Positions 41,180-50,094 of a DNA stretch of 64,000 nt are shown piece after piece. The translations under genes and the position numbers were made by a program. Location of the stretch: contig PAZU01000004.1 in the NCBI GenBank assembly GCA_002715725.1, forward strand, positions 18,580 to 82,579, given 5' to 3'. The notes under the pieces are model-generated. The model was not told the DNA's origin, made no database searches, and worked only from the letters and a program-made list of their open reading frames with translations. How positions within the stretch are numbered: position 1 is the first letter of the stretch; each line of letters opens with the position of its first letter. The DNA is from Methanobacteriota archaeon. Its GTDB lineage: Archaea; Thermoplasmatota; Poseidoniia; Poseidoniales; Poseidoniaceae.

Positions 41180-41542
41180 ATGGTCAACATGGTAGATTCC
41201 GTTCAAATCAAGAGAGTAGGTATTCGCGATTACCTTTCTATCGACATTGAAGTATGGATGAATAATCCCGATGATATGGATTTCAAACCTCGCACTCACC
41301 TCGCTGGAAATCGATTTTCGATTTCATCTGCGACCAATGGAAGAGAGATGGCTAGCGTCGAATTAGATGATGAGCAAATGGAGGCTGCTGAAAGAGATCG
41401 CCAAGTCGAGTTAAGAGTCAAATTTGGAGTTCATGGTATGCATGGTAAGTTAACTCATATTCACCCAATTATCGCAGATGGTAAAGCGAAGAAACTTGCA
41501 AATGCAAATTGGAAAACGGTTCAGCCAATCCAATTTAACTGA
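41180..41542 (+). CDS. Hypothetical protein
   Basis: Fills intergenic gap, protein-like composition. Confidence 0.7.
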   Translation: MVNMVDSVQIKRVGIRDYLSIDIEVWMNNPDDMDFKPRTHLAGNRFSISSATNGREMASVELDDEQMEAAERDRQVELRVKFGVHGMHGKLTHIHPIIADGKAKKLANANWKTVQPIQFN

Positions 41543-41543
41543 A

Positions 41544-42707
41544 TCATTCGTACGCTACTTCAGTCAAAATCGGAGTTAAGACTGTAATCACAATTGTTAG
41601 TGTCCAATCGTTACCTCCGTCTGGGTCTGGCGCACCTGGAATTATCGAATCAGGGTCTGCATTTTGTGCTACAACAGTCCATACCCATTCACCTTGGCCG
41701 AACCTCGCTCCGGGTTCATTGAGCAGACTCATCAAGAGTTCTTCTTCGCTGTCAGCATCATAGACTCCTTCTTCCCCTACTGGATTCAAGTTACTATCAT
41801 TCAATTCGGCCATGGTGGATTCGTTTCTAGTGATATTTCCTGGGCTAGTCTGAGCGCTGCGCCGGTGTCCATCATCGAGAATGTTTAGTGACAATGTGAA
41901 GTTATCTGGAGGTAAAACCAAATCCTGATCCAGTTCAAGAACTGCGTCATATGCCATGATTCTAACATCTAATCCAGGAGTCATGTTATCGCTCCAAGAG
42001 TCGCCTTGTGCTAGATATTCGTCATAATCCCACTCCAAAGTATTCTGAATCCAAGATACTTTGAATCGGCGAGGTTGAATAACGATAGTGAATTGCTCAG
42101 AGACGACTCCTCCTACTCTATCATCCACGGTTAAAGAACCCATTATTGACCCACTGCTTTCAGTAGGCAAATACACCATATCTTCTGTAGAATCGATGTC
42201 ATTTCTTGTGTCGCCATCACCATCACTATCTTCCAAGAAATTCAAATCCCACATGAATTCCATTGGGCCTCCTTCAGGGTCTACTGTATTTGATGCATCT
42301 AGGAGTATTATGTCTCCACTGCGAACAACATCAGGTATTGATAGATTGATTTGCGGAGCCCCATTCACTCTGACTAGGACTGTGGTCGAGTCGGTTCCTC
42401 CTTGGTCATTAGTCACTGTTAATCGGACATTGAACTGGCCTGATTCCATGAACTGATGGGACGTAAATCCTGTGATTGTGGTTGTTTCAACTCCGTCTCC
42501 AAAATCCCAGCTATAATCAGTAATTACACCTTCAATAGCATCTGATGCCCTAGCATCAAAAGTTACCTCTTCGCCTTGTTGGATTTCAGTAGGAGTGGCT
42601 GTCAGGGCTGCTCTCGGCTCAACAGTAGATTCCAAAACTCCTGTGCATCCTGTAAATAATTGAACTAACAATAGGGCCCCGATAAATAACGGCCGCTTGC
42701 TGTTCAT
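41544..42707 (-). CDS. PKD-domain lipoprotein
   Basis: Lipobox-like FTGC; FDA..S, YSWDFGDG, LTVTNDQG. Confidence 0.85.
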   Translation of the reverse strand: MNSKRPLFIGALLLVQLFTGCTGVLESTVEPRAALTATPTEIQQGEEVTFDARASDAIEGVITDYSWDFGDGVETTTITGFTSHQFMESGQFNVRLTVTNDQGGTDSTTVLVRVNGAPQINLSIPDVVRSGDIILLDASNTVDPEGGPMEFMWDLNFLEDSDGDGDTRNDIDSTEDMVYLPTESSGSIMGSLTVDDRVGGVVSEQFTIVIQPRRFKVSWIQNTLEWDYDEYLAQGDSWSDNMTPGLDVRIMAYDAVLELDQDLVLPPDNFTLSLNILDDGHRRSAQTSPGNITRNESTMAELNDSNLNPVGEEGVYDADSEEELLMSLLNEPGARFGQGEWVWTVVAQNADPDSIIPGAPDPDGGNDWTLTIVITVLTPILTEVAYE

Positions 42708-42758
42708 GGCTTTCGCTTGAGTCCTTAATATCTAATTGTGTCCCTTCGGCGGACAAAA

Positions 42759-43091
42759 TTAATTTGATTCAAAATCAACTTCGGAAGGTATGTCGCCGAT
42801 TACCTCAGCGCCTTGTAATAAATCCTCAAATTCGGTCTCATTTACCGTATTCAACTGATAATTTGATTCCATTTCGTCATCGAGTAAAGCGTTTACTTCC
42901 ACATCGCCAGAATCATATTCAGGAGTTGCATCTATGGGCTCTAATTCAGTTAACTCAACTTCTGCAGATTCAAGGGCTGCAAGAGTTTCTTCGAGTAATT
43001 CTTCCTTATCCAATTCGGGTAATTCAATTGGTTGTTGGACAATTTCTTCAGGCTCTTCGACCTTTTTCTTGAACCAATCTCTGATGCCCAT
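42759..43091 (-). CDS. Acidic hypothetical protein
   Basis: MGIRDWFKK amphipathic start after AGGTG; E/D-rich. Confidence 0.65.
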   Translation of the reverse strand: MGIRDWFKKKVEEPEEIVQQPIELPELDKEELLEETLAALESAEVELTELEPIDATPEYDSGDVEVNALLDDEMESNYQLNTVNETEFEDLLQGAEVIGDIPSEVDFESN

Positions 43092-43165
43092 GTACACCTT
43101 ACGGAGCATCATCAAAATAGAAATTGTGTAGTGATGTTCATTTGACTCGGCCTCCAGGCTATGTC

Positions 43166-43993
43166 ATGGTCGATGTTCTCGAGGGGCATAGAGTTCTAGC
43201 ATTTGACCTCGAAACGACCGGGATTTCAACCAATAATGACAGGATTGTCCAAGTCGCATTAATTGGAGCAGATGCAGACGGGGCCCCAATACACCACGAT
43301 ATTCTAGTTAATCCGCAAAGGCCAATTCCTCGTGATGCTTCTCGAATTCACGGAGTACATGATTCGGATGTGCGGGGCAAACCTATTTTCAAAGAATGTG
43401 CTAACGAATTATCAGAATTGATGAACGGTGCAGTTATCGTCGGGCATAATGCTAGAAGATTCGACATGCCACTTCTTCAAAATGAATTCTACAGGTGTGG
43501 TATTTCGCCACCAAAACCGTTGGTCGTTTTGGACACCTTAGAAGCGGTCAGGAGGCTTAAAATTCCGAGACCCCATAATCTCGGAGCACAATGTGCAAGA
43601 CATGGCATTGACTTGTCTAATGCTCACGATGCTGCTGCTGATGCTGCTGCTTGTTTGCTACTGTTGTGGAAAGTAATGAGAGATCACCCCTCAAGTTTCA
43701 GGCGCTCTCTACAAGAGATTGAAGAGTGGTTAATTAGTGGTGAAGTTCGCAAGGATGAGAGCGAATTAGGTAGAGCCCTTACTGACTTAGAATCCTTAGA
43801 TAATAATGGGCGAATTAGAATCGACGAGGGAGCATATATCGTTGCATTCGGTAGACACAGAGGCAAGGATTTGCAAAGTATTGAACGAGAGGACCCGAGA
43901 TATGTTGACTGGTTAATCTCAGCAAATGGTATTGAAGATGAAGCCGCAAGAGAAATTTTGCGCCAATTGGTATCAAGCATCAGGAATGGGTGA
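43166..43993 (+). CDS. DEDDh 3'-5' exonuclease (DnaQ-like) with ExoX-like C-terminal motif
   Basis: FDLETTG, GHNARRFD, AHDAAAD; FGRHRG...YVDW. Confidence 0.9.
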   Translation: MVDVLEGHRVLAFDLETTGISTNNDRIVQVALIGADADGAPIHHDILVNPQRPIPRDASRIHGVHDSDVRGKPIFKECANELSELMNGAVIVGHNARRFDMPLLQNEFYRCGISPPKPLVVLDTLEAVRRLKIPRPHNLGAQCARHGIDLSNAHDAAADAAACLLLLWKVMRDHPSSFRRSLQEIEEWLISGEVRKDESELGRALTDLESLDNNGRIRIDEGAYIVAFGRHRGKDLQSIEREDPRYVDWLISANGIEDEAAREILRQLVSSIRNG

Positions 43994-45118
43994 CCAGGCC
44001 AAAACATCGCACCAATGACCAACTCTCCATGTGTCTCGATTAGTCATTGCACCACCAATAAAAATTGGTCCTTGATGTCCGGTTGCAAGCAATTCTTGCA
44101 ATGCCTCTTTTCCACGCCCGTCGAAATTTATTGGCACTTGGATACCAGTCGGCATAGCTCTTCCTTCAGCGTTTGCAGGCTCGCATATTTCAGCAACACC
44201 AGAGCCGTTCAAATCATCAAAATGATGTAACAATATTACCGAATCAGAGAAGTCTTGTGTTCCCAATGTACCATTTTCTAATCGCCAATTCCACCAATAT
44301 GGACACCATGCTTTCCAATCACAGAAACCACCGCAAGACGATTGTCCCGGCGTTGCTTCCAGAGGCACTTCCGTAGGTTGAGTTTTCTCCCATGCTTTGA
44401 GCGCATCCTCCAAAACCGAATTGCCTGTTGCGGTATATCTAGTTGCATTTTCGGTATACCAGCCCTCGGTTTTGACCTGAGGTGCATTCGGATTGTTGGA
44501 TAGAAGGATATCTCTGTAAAGCAATAGTTGTCGCTGAACTTCTGGTTTCAAATTTTCACTTGGCGCCCGGCCTGTTTTGAGATCTGCTACAACCCAGCCT
44601 TGTAATTCTCCGTTCGAATCAACATCTGCAAATAGCATGTCGAGTCTGCCCATCAGTCGATTATCGCTCGTTCTTAATTCGCCTTCTACAGCAATAACTC
44701 TCGAGAGTAGATTTGTCCACATCCCTATAGTGGTTTTGAGAGGAGTTACTCCAATAACTCCAATAAATTCAAGGAGCATTTTGATTGCACCTCTCTGCAT
44801 TTTCTTCGCTTTGTCCCACTCTTTTTCTTTCCACATTGGCCTTCTTGGTGTTGCGAAGAAAACCTCTTTTTCCTCCTCCCACCTTTGTTTCAAAAATTTC
44901 TCAGCCAATTCTGGCAGCCAATGCGTTTCATCAGATTTTCGCCCGGTTAAATCTACCTGCAACAGGTCTTCGACCGAAGCGTGAACTGCAGTACCAAGGC
45001 TTGCAGCCATTCCGGCTTTTCTTGGTAATTTTTGGCGGCTTAACCAATACATGCGCGGACATGTTTCGTATCTATTCCACGCAGAAGGGGACAGTGTGTG
45101 CACCCTTGCCCCGGCCAT
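43973..45118 (-). CDS. Cas4/RecB-like PD-(D/E)XK nuclease with four-Cys motif
   Basis: LSPS...CPR, GTAVH, GRLD, DLKTG, QLLLY, CGGFCDWKAWC. Confidence 0.85.
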   Translation of the reverse strand: MAGARVHTLSPSAWNRYETCPRMYWLSRQKLPRKAGMAASLGTAVHASVEDLLQVDLTGRKSDETHWLPELAEKFLKQRWEEEKEVFFATPRRPMWKEKEWDKAKKMQRGAIKMLLEFIGVIGVTPLKTTIGMWTNLLSRVIAVEGELRTSDNRLMGRLDMLFADVDSNGELQGWVVADLKTGRAPSENLKPEVQRQLLLYRDILLSNNPNAPQVKTEGWYTENATRYTATGNSVLEDALKAWEKTQPTEVPLEATPGQSSCGGFCDWKAWCPYWWNWRLENGTLGTQDFSDSVILLHHFDDLNGSGVAEICEPANAEGRAMPTGIQVPINFDGRGKEALQELLATGHQGPIFIGGAMTNRDTWRVGHWCDVLAWSPIPDA

Positions 45119-45212
45119 ATGCTACCTTGCATGCTTCGACTTCAAATTGCTTGGGGTTAGTTTGAGCAAAATAGGGGGCGAGATTATACACAAGGAGGTA
45201 TGTCATCAATTC

Positions 45213-46013
45213 ATGGAAGGAGCAAAGGTATGGCTCGACAAGAGTATCGACATTGAAGATGCACTCGTAGTGTGCTGTTTTCCTAGCGTTGGGATGGTTT
45301 CCAGCGTAGTAGCGCATTTTTTGATTGATCATTTGAATTTAGAATTTGTCGGCGGAGTTGCACATCCTAAACTTCCAGCGATTTGCCTTGTTCAAGATGG
45401 TGTTCCGTTACCCGCAATAAGAGCATATGCTGGTGAGCCAATCTGTAAACTGGAAGGAGTCTGCGACAAAGTACTTCTTTTGATGAGTGAATTGATTGTT
45501 CCCGACCCTCTAGTCCACGAAATTGTAAGTTCTCTATTCACATGGTCGAAAGAACAGAATGCTGCAATGGGAATTCTAATCGATGCTTTCGCCAGGAAAG
45601 GCATGAAGGGTGGACTAAATGGGAATGAGCCTTTAGTCGAATATGAGGACACTGAAGAGGTCGATGTTCTAGGAGTTGCTGCAACACCAAAGATGGCTGA
45701 AATTCTTAAAGAAATGGATATCAAAATGTTAGAACAGGGAGTCATCAAAGGAATGACAGGGGCTATGCTAAGTGAAGGTTCCAGCCGTGGAAGAAATCTG
45801 ATGAGTATAATGGTTGAAGCAGATCCTAGATTCCCTGATGCCAGGGCTGCTGCTGTAATTATCGAGCACCTAAACAAGATGCTGCCTGTTGTTGATTTAG
45901 ATCATGAGCCGCTATTAGCCGAAGCACAGCAGTTAGAAGACCAGATTAGGAACATGATGGAAGGAGCTGATTCCGAGCCTTCCCCATCTTCAACTTCTAT
46001 GCTCTACGGCTGA
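45213..46013 (+). CDS. PAC2-family proteasome assembly chaperone with C-terminal HbYX
   Basis: FPSVGMV, AIRAY, FPDARAAA, ends LYG. Confidence 0.88.
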   Translation: MEGAKVWLDKSIDIEDALVVCCFPSVGMVSSVVAHFLIDHLNLEFVGGVAHPKLPAICLVQDGVPLPAIRAYAGEPICKLEGVCDKVLLLMSELIVPDPLVHEIVSSLFTWSKEQNAAMGILIDAFARKGMKGGLNGNEPLVEYEDTEEVDVLGVAATPKMAEILKEMDIKMLEQGVIKGMTGAMLSEGSSRGRNLMSIMVEADPRFPDARAAAVIIEHLNKMLPVVDLDHEPLLAEAQQLEDQIRNMMEGADSEPSPSSTSMLYG

Positions 46014-46499
46014 TTTGCCAACTATTGCAATTCCGATAATGAGTAATGCTATGCTAGCCCAAATTGGGAATAGCAGGACTGTTTCCTTTGGAATGAACAG
46101 TAACAAAGTTTCACTGCGAGAATATTCTCCTCCCATACCGGCCGTGATTAACATTAATCCAACTGAAACCATACCGATACAAGAGTGTCGGAAGTCCACT
46201 TCCCCTCCCCACTTTCTTCGTAGTAGAATGCCTACTGCGAGTCCTGCGGAAGCCATAGATAGCAACAGTTTGTTAGCCAAAATCGGGTTGTCAATTCCTC
46301 CGCTTGGAACTGCATTTACCCCACTAATTATTGCGAACGGGGTTGCTATCAGACCGCCGAGTAAAGCCCAATGGGCAACAGGCTCTCTCGAGATTGGGCC
46401 CTTTTTAATTGCACAAAGTAAGAATGCAACTCCAGCAAGAGCAAACATTCCAATGGTAAGTTCGGTAGAAATCACGTGAAAGGTTCCTGCAGAAATCAT
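45990..46499 (-). CDS. Membrane protein, DUF2231-like
   Basis: About 5 TM; N-terminal His, AIISG, AGMGGE. Confidence 0.55.
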   Translation of the reverse strand: MISAGTFHVISTELTIGMFALAGVAFLLCAIKKGPISREPVAHWALLGGLIATPFAIISGVNAVPSGGIDNPILANKLLLSMASAGLAVGILLRRKWGGEVDFRHSCIGMVSVGLMLITAGMGGEYSRSETLLLFIPKETVLLFPIWASIALLIIGIAIVGKSAVEHRS

Positions 46500-47596
46500 T
46501 GTTGGCCGCCTCCTGCTAAACTATCTAGGTGTTCTTGACCATAATATTCCCATTGTTCCATCGTCCAGCCCTCTGGAAGTCCGCCCTCTGGAATCGGAGG
46601 ACCGGTGGTAGGCAGGTCGACCATTGCAGGAGAAGAGCCCTGAATTCTACCAAATTGTGAGGTCACATCTTCTGTGTTGTCATACTTGCTTGATCCTATT
46701 TCTTCGCCCTTCGGCCTCTGCAAAACAACTAATCCAATGCAGAGAATTAAGAGTGCAAATCCTTGAAGATATAGTGCAAATTCGTCTACTTCCCAACCAG
46801 GTTCTTGAGCAGTAATTCTGAACCATGGAGATTGTTGTGTTGGGCCTTCACCCATCATAACTACTCTCCATTCTACTGTACCAGGATTTACCGCTGCAGG
46901 AATTGTGAATTTATTGTCGACAACTAGTATAGGCCCTTGATTGCTACCTTTCAGCTCCACAAATGCAGAATCGGTGCTTAACAATTGCAATGTAATCTCA
47001 GTCTCTTCTCCAATCGACCTAGTATTGACTGGTTCCCATTCCGGAGACAGGCGAGGAAGATTTTCTGGGACTTCGCTAACAACAACTTGCTTAGCATCAG
47101 AAATTCCAGTCATTGCTACCCCACCATTTGGAGTACCATGTTGTACTGCAAGGTATAATTCGTAAGTTCCCGGACTAGCAGGAGCACGTAGTGTCCAAGT
47201 TTTTCTGACTTCATTTTGCAAAGAAAATGAGTCGACAATTTCTACATAATTGTTAGTCCCACCATTTGGGTCTGTAACGACTTCCCATCCATCATTTCCA
47301 GGCAGATCTTTTGCGCCTTCTTCATTTACCAATAATGCTAGCCCGACCATATTATTCGAACTGACTTCAACGAAACTAACCCATGTTTCAATTTCCATCA
47401 GTAAACCAGCATAGACTTGTTCAGGATATTGAATATCTAATTCTGCATCCGATATACCGTTCGATGAAGATGATGCGTGACAAGATCCTGCGCAATCTCT
47501 AGAGCGTATGTCATCTCCTTTACCACCAGGGTTTGCAGTAGAAATTGTAGTTGACAGAATCATCAATAACAGTACTAATGCCACTTTGAATCGCAT
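46496..47596 (-). CDS. Secreted Reeler/choice-of-anchor-V-like protein with CxxxCH, TM and Pro/Trp-rich tail
   Basis: Signal peptide, CAGSCH, WTLRAP, TM, GPPIPEGGLPEGWTMEQW. Confidence 0.65.
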   Translation of the reverse strand: MRFKVALVLLLMILSTTISTANPGGKGDDIRSRDCAGSCHASSSSNGISDAELDIQYPEQVYAGLLMEIETWVSFVEVSSNNMVGLALLVNEEGAKDLPGNDGWEVVTDPNGGTNNYVEIVDSFSLQNEVRKTWTLRAPASPGTYELYLAVQHGTPNGGVAMTGISDAKQVVVSEVPENLPRLSPEWEPVNTRSIGEETEITLQLLSTDSAFVELKGSNQGPILVVDNKFTIPAAVNPGTVEWRVVMMGEGPTQQSPWFRITAQEPGWEVDEFALYLQGFALLILCIGLVVLQRPKGEEIGSSKYDNTEDVTSQFGRIQGSSPAMVDLPTTGPPIPEGGLPEGWTMEQWEYYGQEHLDSLAGGGQQ

Positions 47597-50047
47597 TCAA
47601 TCCCTCCTCGGAATGAATGAAAATATCACACCAGTTAATCCGACCAGCAACAAAATTATGCTGAAAATTAATCCTGCAGTATCGCTAGGCCCAGGGGATT
47701 CGGGAACTACATTTGAACTGACTTCGACTGAATCTGATGAAGTTGCCAAACCCGTCAGCGGCGGAGGAATCTGGCCCTCAACAACTGCCACTACAATATA
47801 GGAATGCTCGCCTTCCAACGTAGGAGAATGACGGTATTCTAGATTGGAGGTGGTACCTAGGAGTTGTTCATTGTGGAATACCGCCCACCCATCTGCAGTT
47901 GTACCATCAGTATCTTGTTTCCATGTAATAATTACATCACTGCCTTCCAATTTAGCTTCTACATCCTCTGCAAACGGAGGTTCTACTCCTTCAAAAGTTT
48001 CCGAATAAACATCGTGCGCACCTAAATCATCAATCACTTTCACTTGCAGATTCAAATATTCTGACATTGGAGTTGTGAAAGTCATTCCATTATGCATCAC
48101 TGTACCATCAATACTCCAAATTGCATTTACTACCGAACCATCAATATCTGTAGAATCCATTGCGGAAAAAGTAGCATTTACTCCACTGATTAGGGATTCT
48201 GGAGCGGTGATGCTCGCAGTTGGGGCTGTGTTTGAAATCGTGAAATCAATTGTCAAAACAGGCCCATCGTCCTGACCATCGTTTGGAGTAATCATTGCGG
48301 TCCATACATCTCCTGCGCCCAATTTACTTTCAGAAATTGTGCTTCCGTTTTCATCGGTCATGAATCCGTTTCTCATCCACTGCCATGAAACTACGACAGT
48401 ATCTCCATTAGCATCATCAGATTGAATTTGAGGGCTCAGAGGCACCAGAGCACTCTGAGATAATGGCCCTTCATAGGAGAGGGTTGGTAATGAATTGGCA
48501 ATTTGCACAGTATCGCTCAATGTGTTGGAATAAGCCATTTCATCATCATATACAGATAGGGTCAGAGTCAAAATATCTCCAGTTAGGTCCCAGGTCTCTG
48601 AGGTGGAAAGCGTGTCTCCGTCTACATCAGATGCTTCATAGGAATAAGTTGCTTCAGTATCGAAGAATACGGTTTCTTGATCGATGTTCAATTCATTCAA
48701 TACTGGGGCTGTGTTTTGAATAATTACAGCGCTACTTTCCATCCAATCTGAATATACAACTCCATCAGTAACTCTGCACCTCACTGTCCAGGATTCTCCC
48801 TTTTCTGTGTAAAATGAAGATAATGTTGATGATAAAATTGCGCCGTTTGTTGCAGGCCAATCCCATTCGTAGGTCAAAGCATCATTATCAGCATCAGTAG
48901 CTTGCGCTGTTGCTTGTAAATCATCTATTGTCGTGAACGGACCTCCGGAGATGGATACGCTTACCATTGTTGGAGGGGTATTATCGCTACCAATTGTGAC
49001 GTCTTGCGTTGTAAACCACTCGCTGTCTATCTCCCCATCGTTGACTCTGATCTTAGCATACCAAACATCTCCATCTCGAATTGCAACGGAAGGTATTGTC
49101 GTATCACCATCAAAAGCTGAAACCTTGGAACCGTCTACATACCATTCTGTACCGCTGACTGTTACGATATCATTATCCGCATCTGAAGATAAGTGAATTA
49201 GCGTTAAATCATCTGATTCCAAAGCATCTGTTGGAGTGATTTCTGCCGAATTAACGAAAGGAATCGAGTTCACAACAACTAGGCTCGATGAATGTACAGG
49301 ATTACCATCGTCTGTTCCATCGCTTGGAGTGACTGTAACATTCCAAGACTCTCCTTTAGAAGTCAAGGATGACGGAACAGTAGTCTGATCATTTCTAGAT
49401 GATTCTAACATTCCATCTTTGTACCATCTAATCATGGTTCCAGATTCTGAATCTCCATCAGAATCTTGGAAAGTATATGTCAAATTTAGCGTATCCGTAG
49501 TTACTGGATTCGCTGGGCTCAAAAGCACCGAAGATGCTGATGGAGGATTGTTAGACGGCGGCGTACCGCCTTCGGGTACTGTGATTGTCGTATCGCCCCA
49601 AGTATCTCCTCCAGTACCTCCATTGCCATTTGCTTCAACCGCTGAGAGGTCGAACTGTACAGAGCCTGAACCTGCGGAAGGTGCTGTCCAATCTACGCTC
49701 CAACTGCGGTAACTGTTCGTGGTGTGTGTTGCGCTGTCTGCCGCAGAGTTCACCTTCACGGCCATAATTCCAACACCACCTGTTGATAATGTACCTTTGT
49801 TGGCATCTAAACTAAATCCGCCATTACCAGATCCACCACCACTAACTGAAATCTGTAAAGTGTATGTAGTCCCAGGATTATATGACGCTGGTTGGCCGCT
49901 CATTGACACAGTTACTACATTGTAACCATGACAGTTGCATCCGCTACTACCGCGGTTGTATACTCCATTACTATATCCAAATGATGTTGGAACAGTTGAT
50001 GCCAGCAAAATAGACACTAACAGAAGTGATGCCAACTTCAGACGCAT
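47597..50047 (-). CDS. Surface protein: Reeler/choice-of-anchor-V-like domain (CxCH), tandem Ig-like repeats, PKD, C-terminal TM
   Basis: GCNCHG, PASYNPGTTY, THT, WTAP; repeated NxxP...DxDGD...W...DG. Confidence 0.75.
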   Translation of the reverse strand: MRLKLASLLLVSILLASTVPTSFGYSNGVYNRGSSGCNCHGYNVVTVSMSGQPASYNPGTTYTLQISVSGGGSGNGGFSLDANKGTLSTGGVGIMAVKVNSAADSATHTTNSYRSWSVDWTAPSAGSGSVQFDLSAVEANGNGGTGGDTWGDTTITVPEGGTPPSNNPPSASSVLLSPANPVTTDTLNLTYTFQDSDGDSESGTMIRWYKDGMLESSRNDQTTVPSSLTSKGESWNVTVTPSDGTDDGNPVHSSSLVVVNSIPFVNSAEITPTDALESDDLTLIHLSSDADNDIVTVSGTEWYVDGSKVSAFDGDTTIPSVAIRDGDVWYAKIRVNDGEIDSEWFTTQDVTIGSDNTPPTMVSVSISGGPFTTIDDLQATAQATDADNDALTYEWDWPATNGAILSSTLSSFYTEKGESWTVRCRVTDGVVYSDWMESSAVIIQNTAPVLNELNIDQETVFFDTEATYSYEASDVDGDTLSTSETWDLTGDILTLTLSVYDDEMAYSNTLSDTVQIANSLPTLSYEGPLSQSALVPLSPQIQSDDANGDTVVVSWQWMRNGFMTDENGSTISESKLGAGDVWTAMITPNDGQDDGPVLTIDFTISNTAPTASITAPESLISGVNATFSAMDSTDIDGSVVNAIWSIDGTVMHNGMTFTTPMSEYLNLQVKVIDDLGAHDVYSETFEGVEPPFAEDVEAKLEGSDVIITWKQDTDGTTADGWAVFHNEQLLGTTSNLEYRHSPTLEGEHSYIVVAVVEGQIPPPLTGLATSSDSVEVSSNVVPESPGPSDTAGLIFSIILLLVGLTGVIFSFIPRRD

Positions 50048-50094
50048 GTACCCCTACTATGTTTGGATGTGTTTTTAGTATCATGTGTTAATCG

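Noticed and set aside
43973-45118. CRISPR-Cas locus suggested by the Cas4-like gene
   Set aside because: No repeat-spacer array and no cas1/cas2 or effector genes seen in the window
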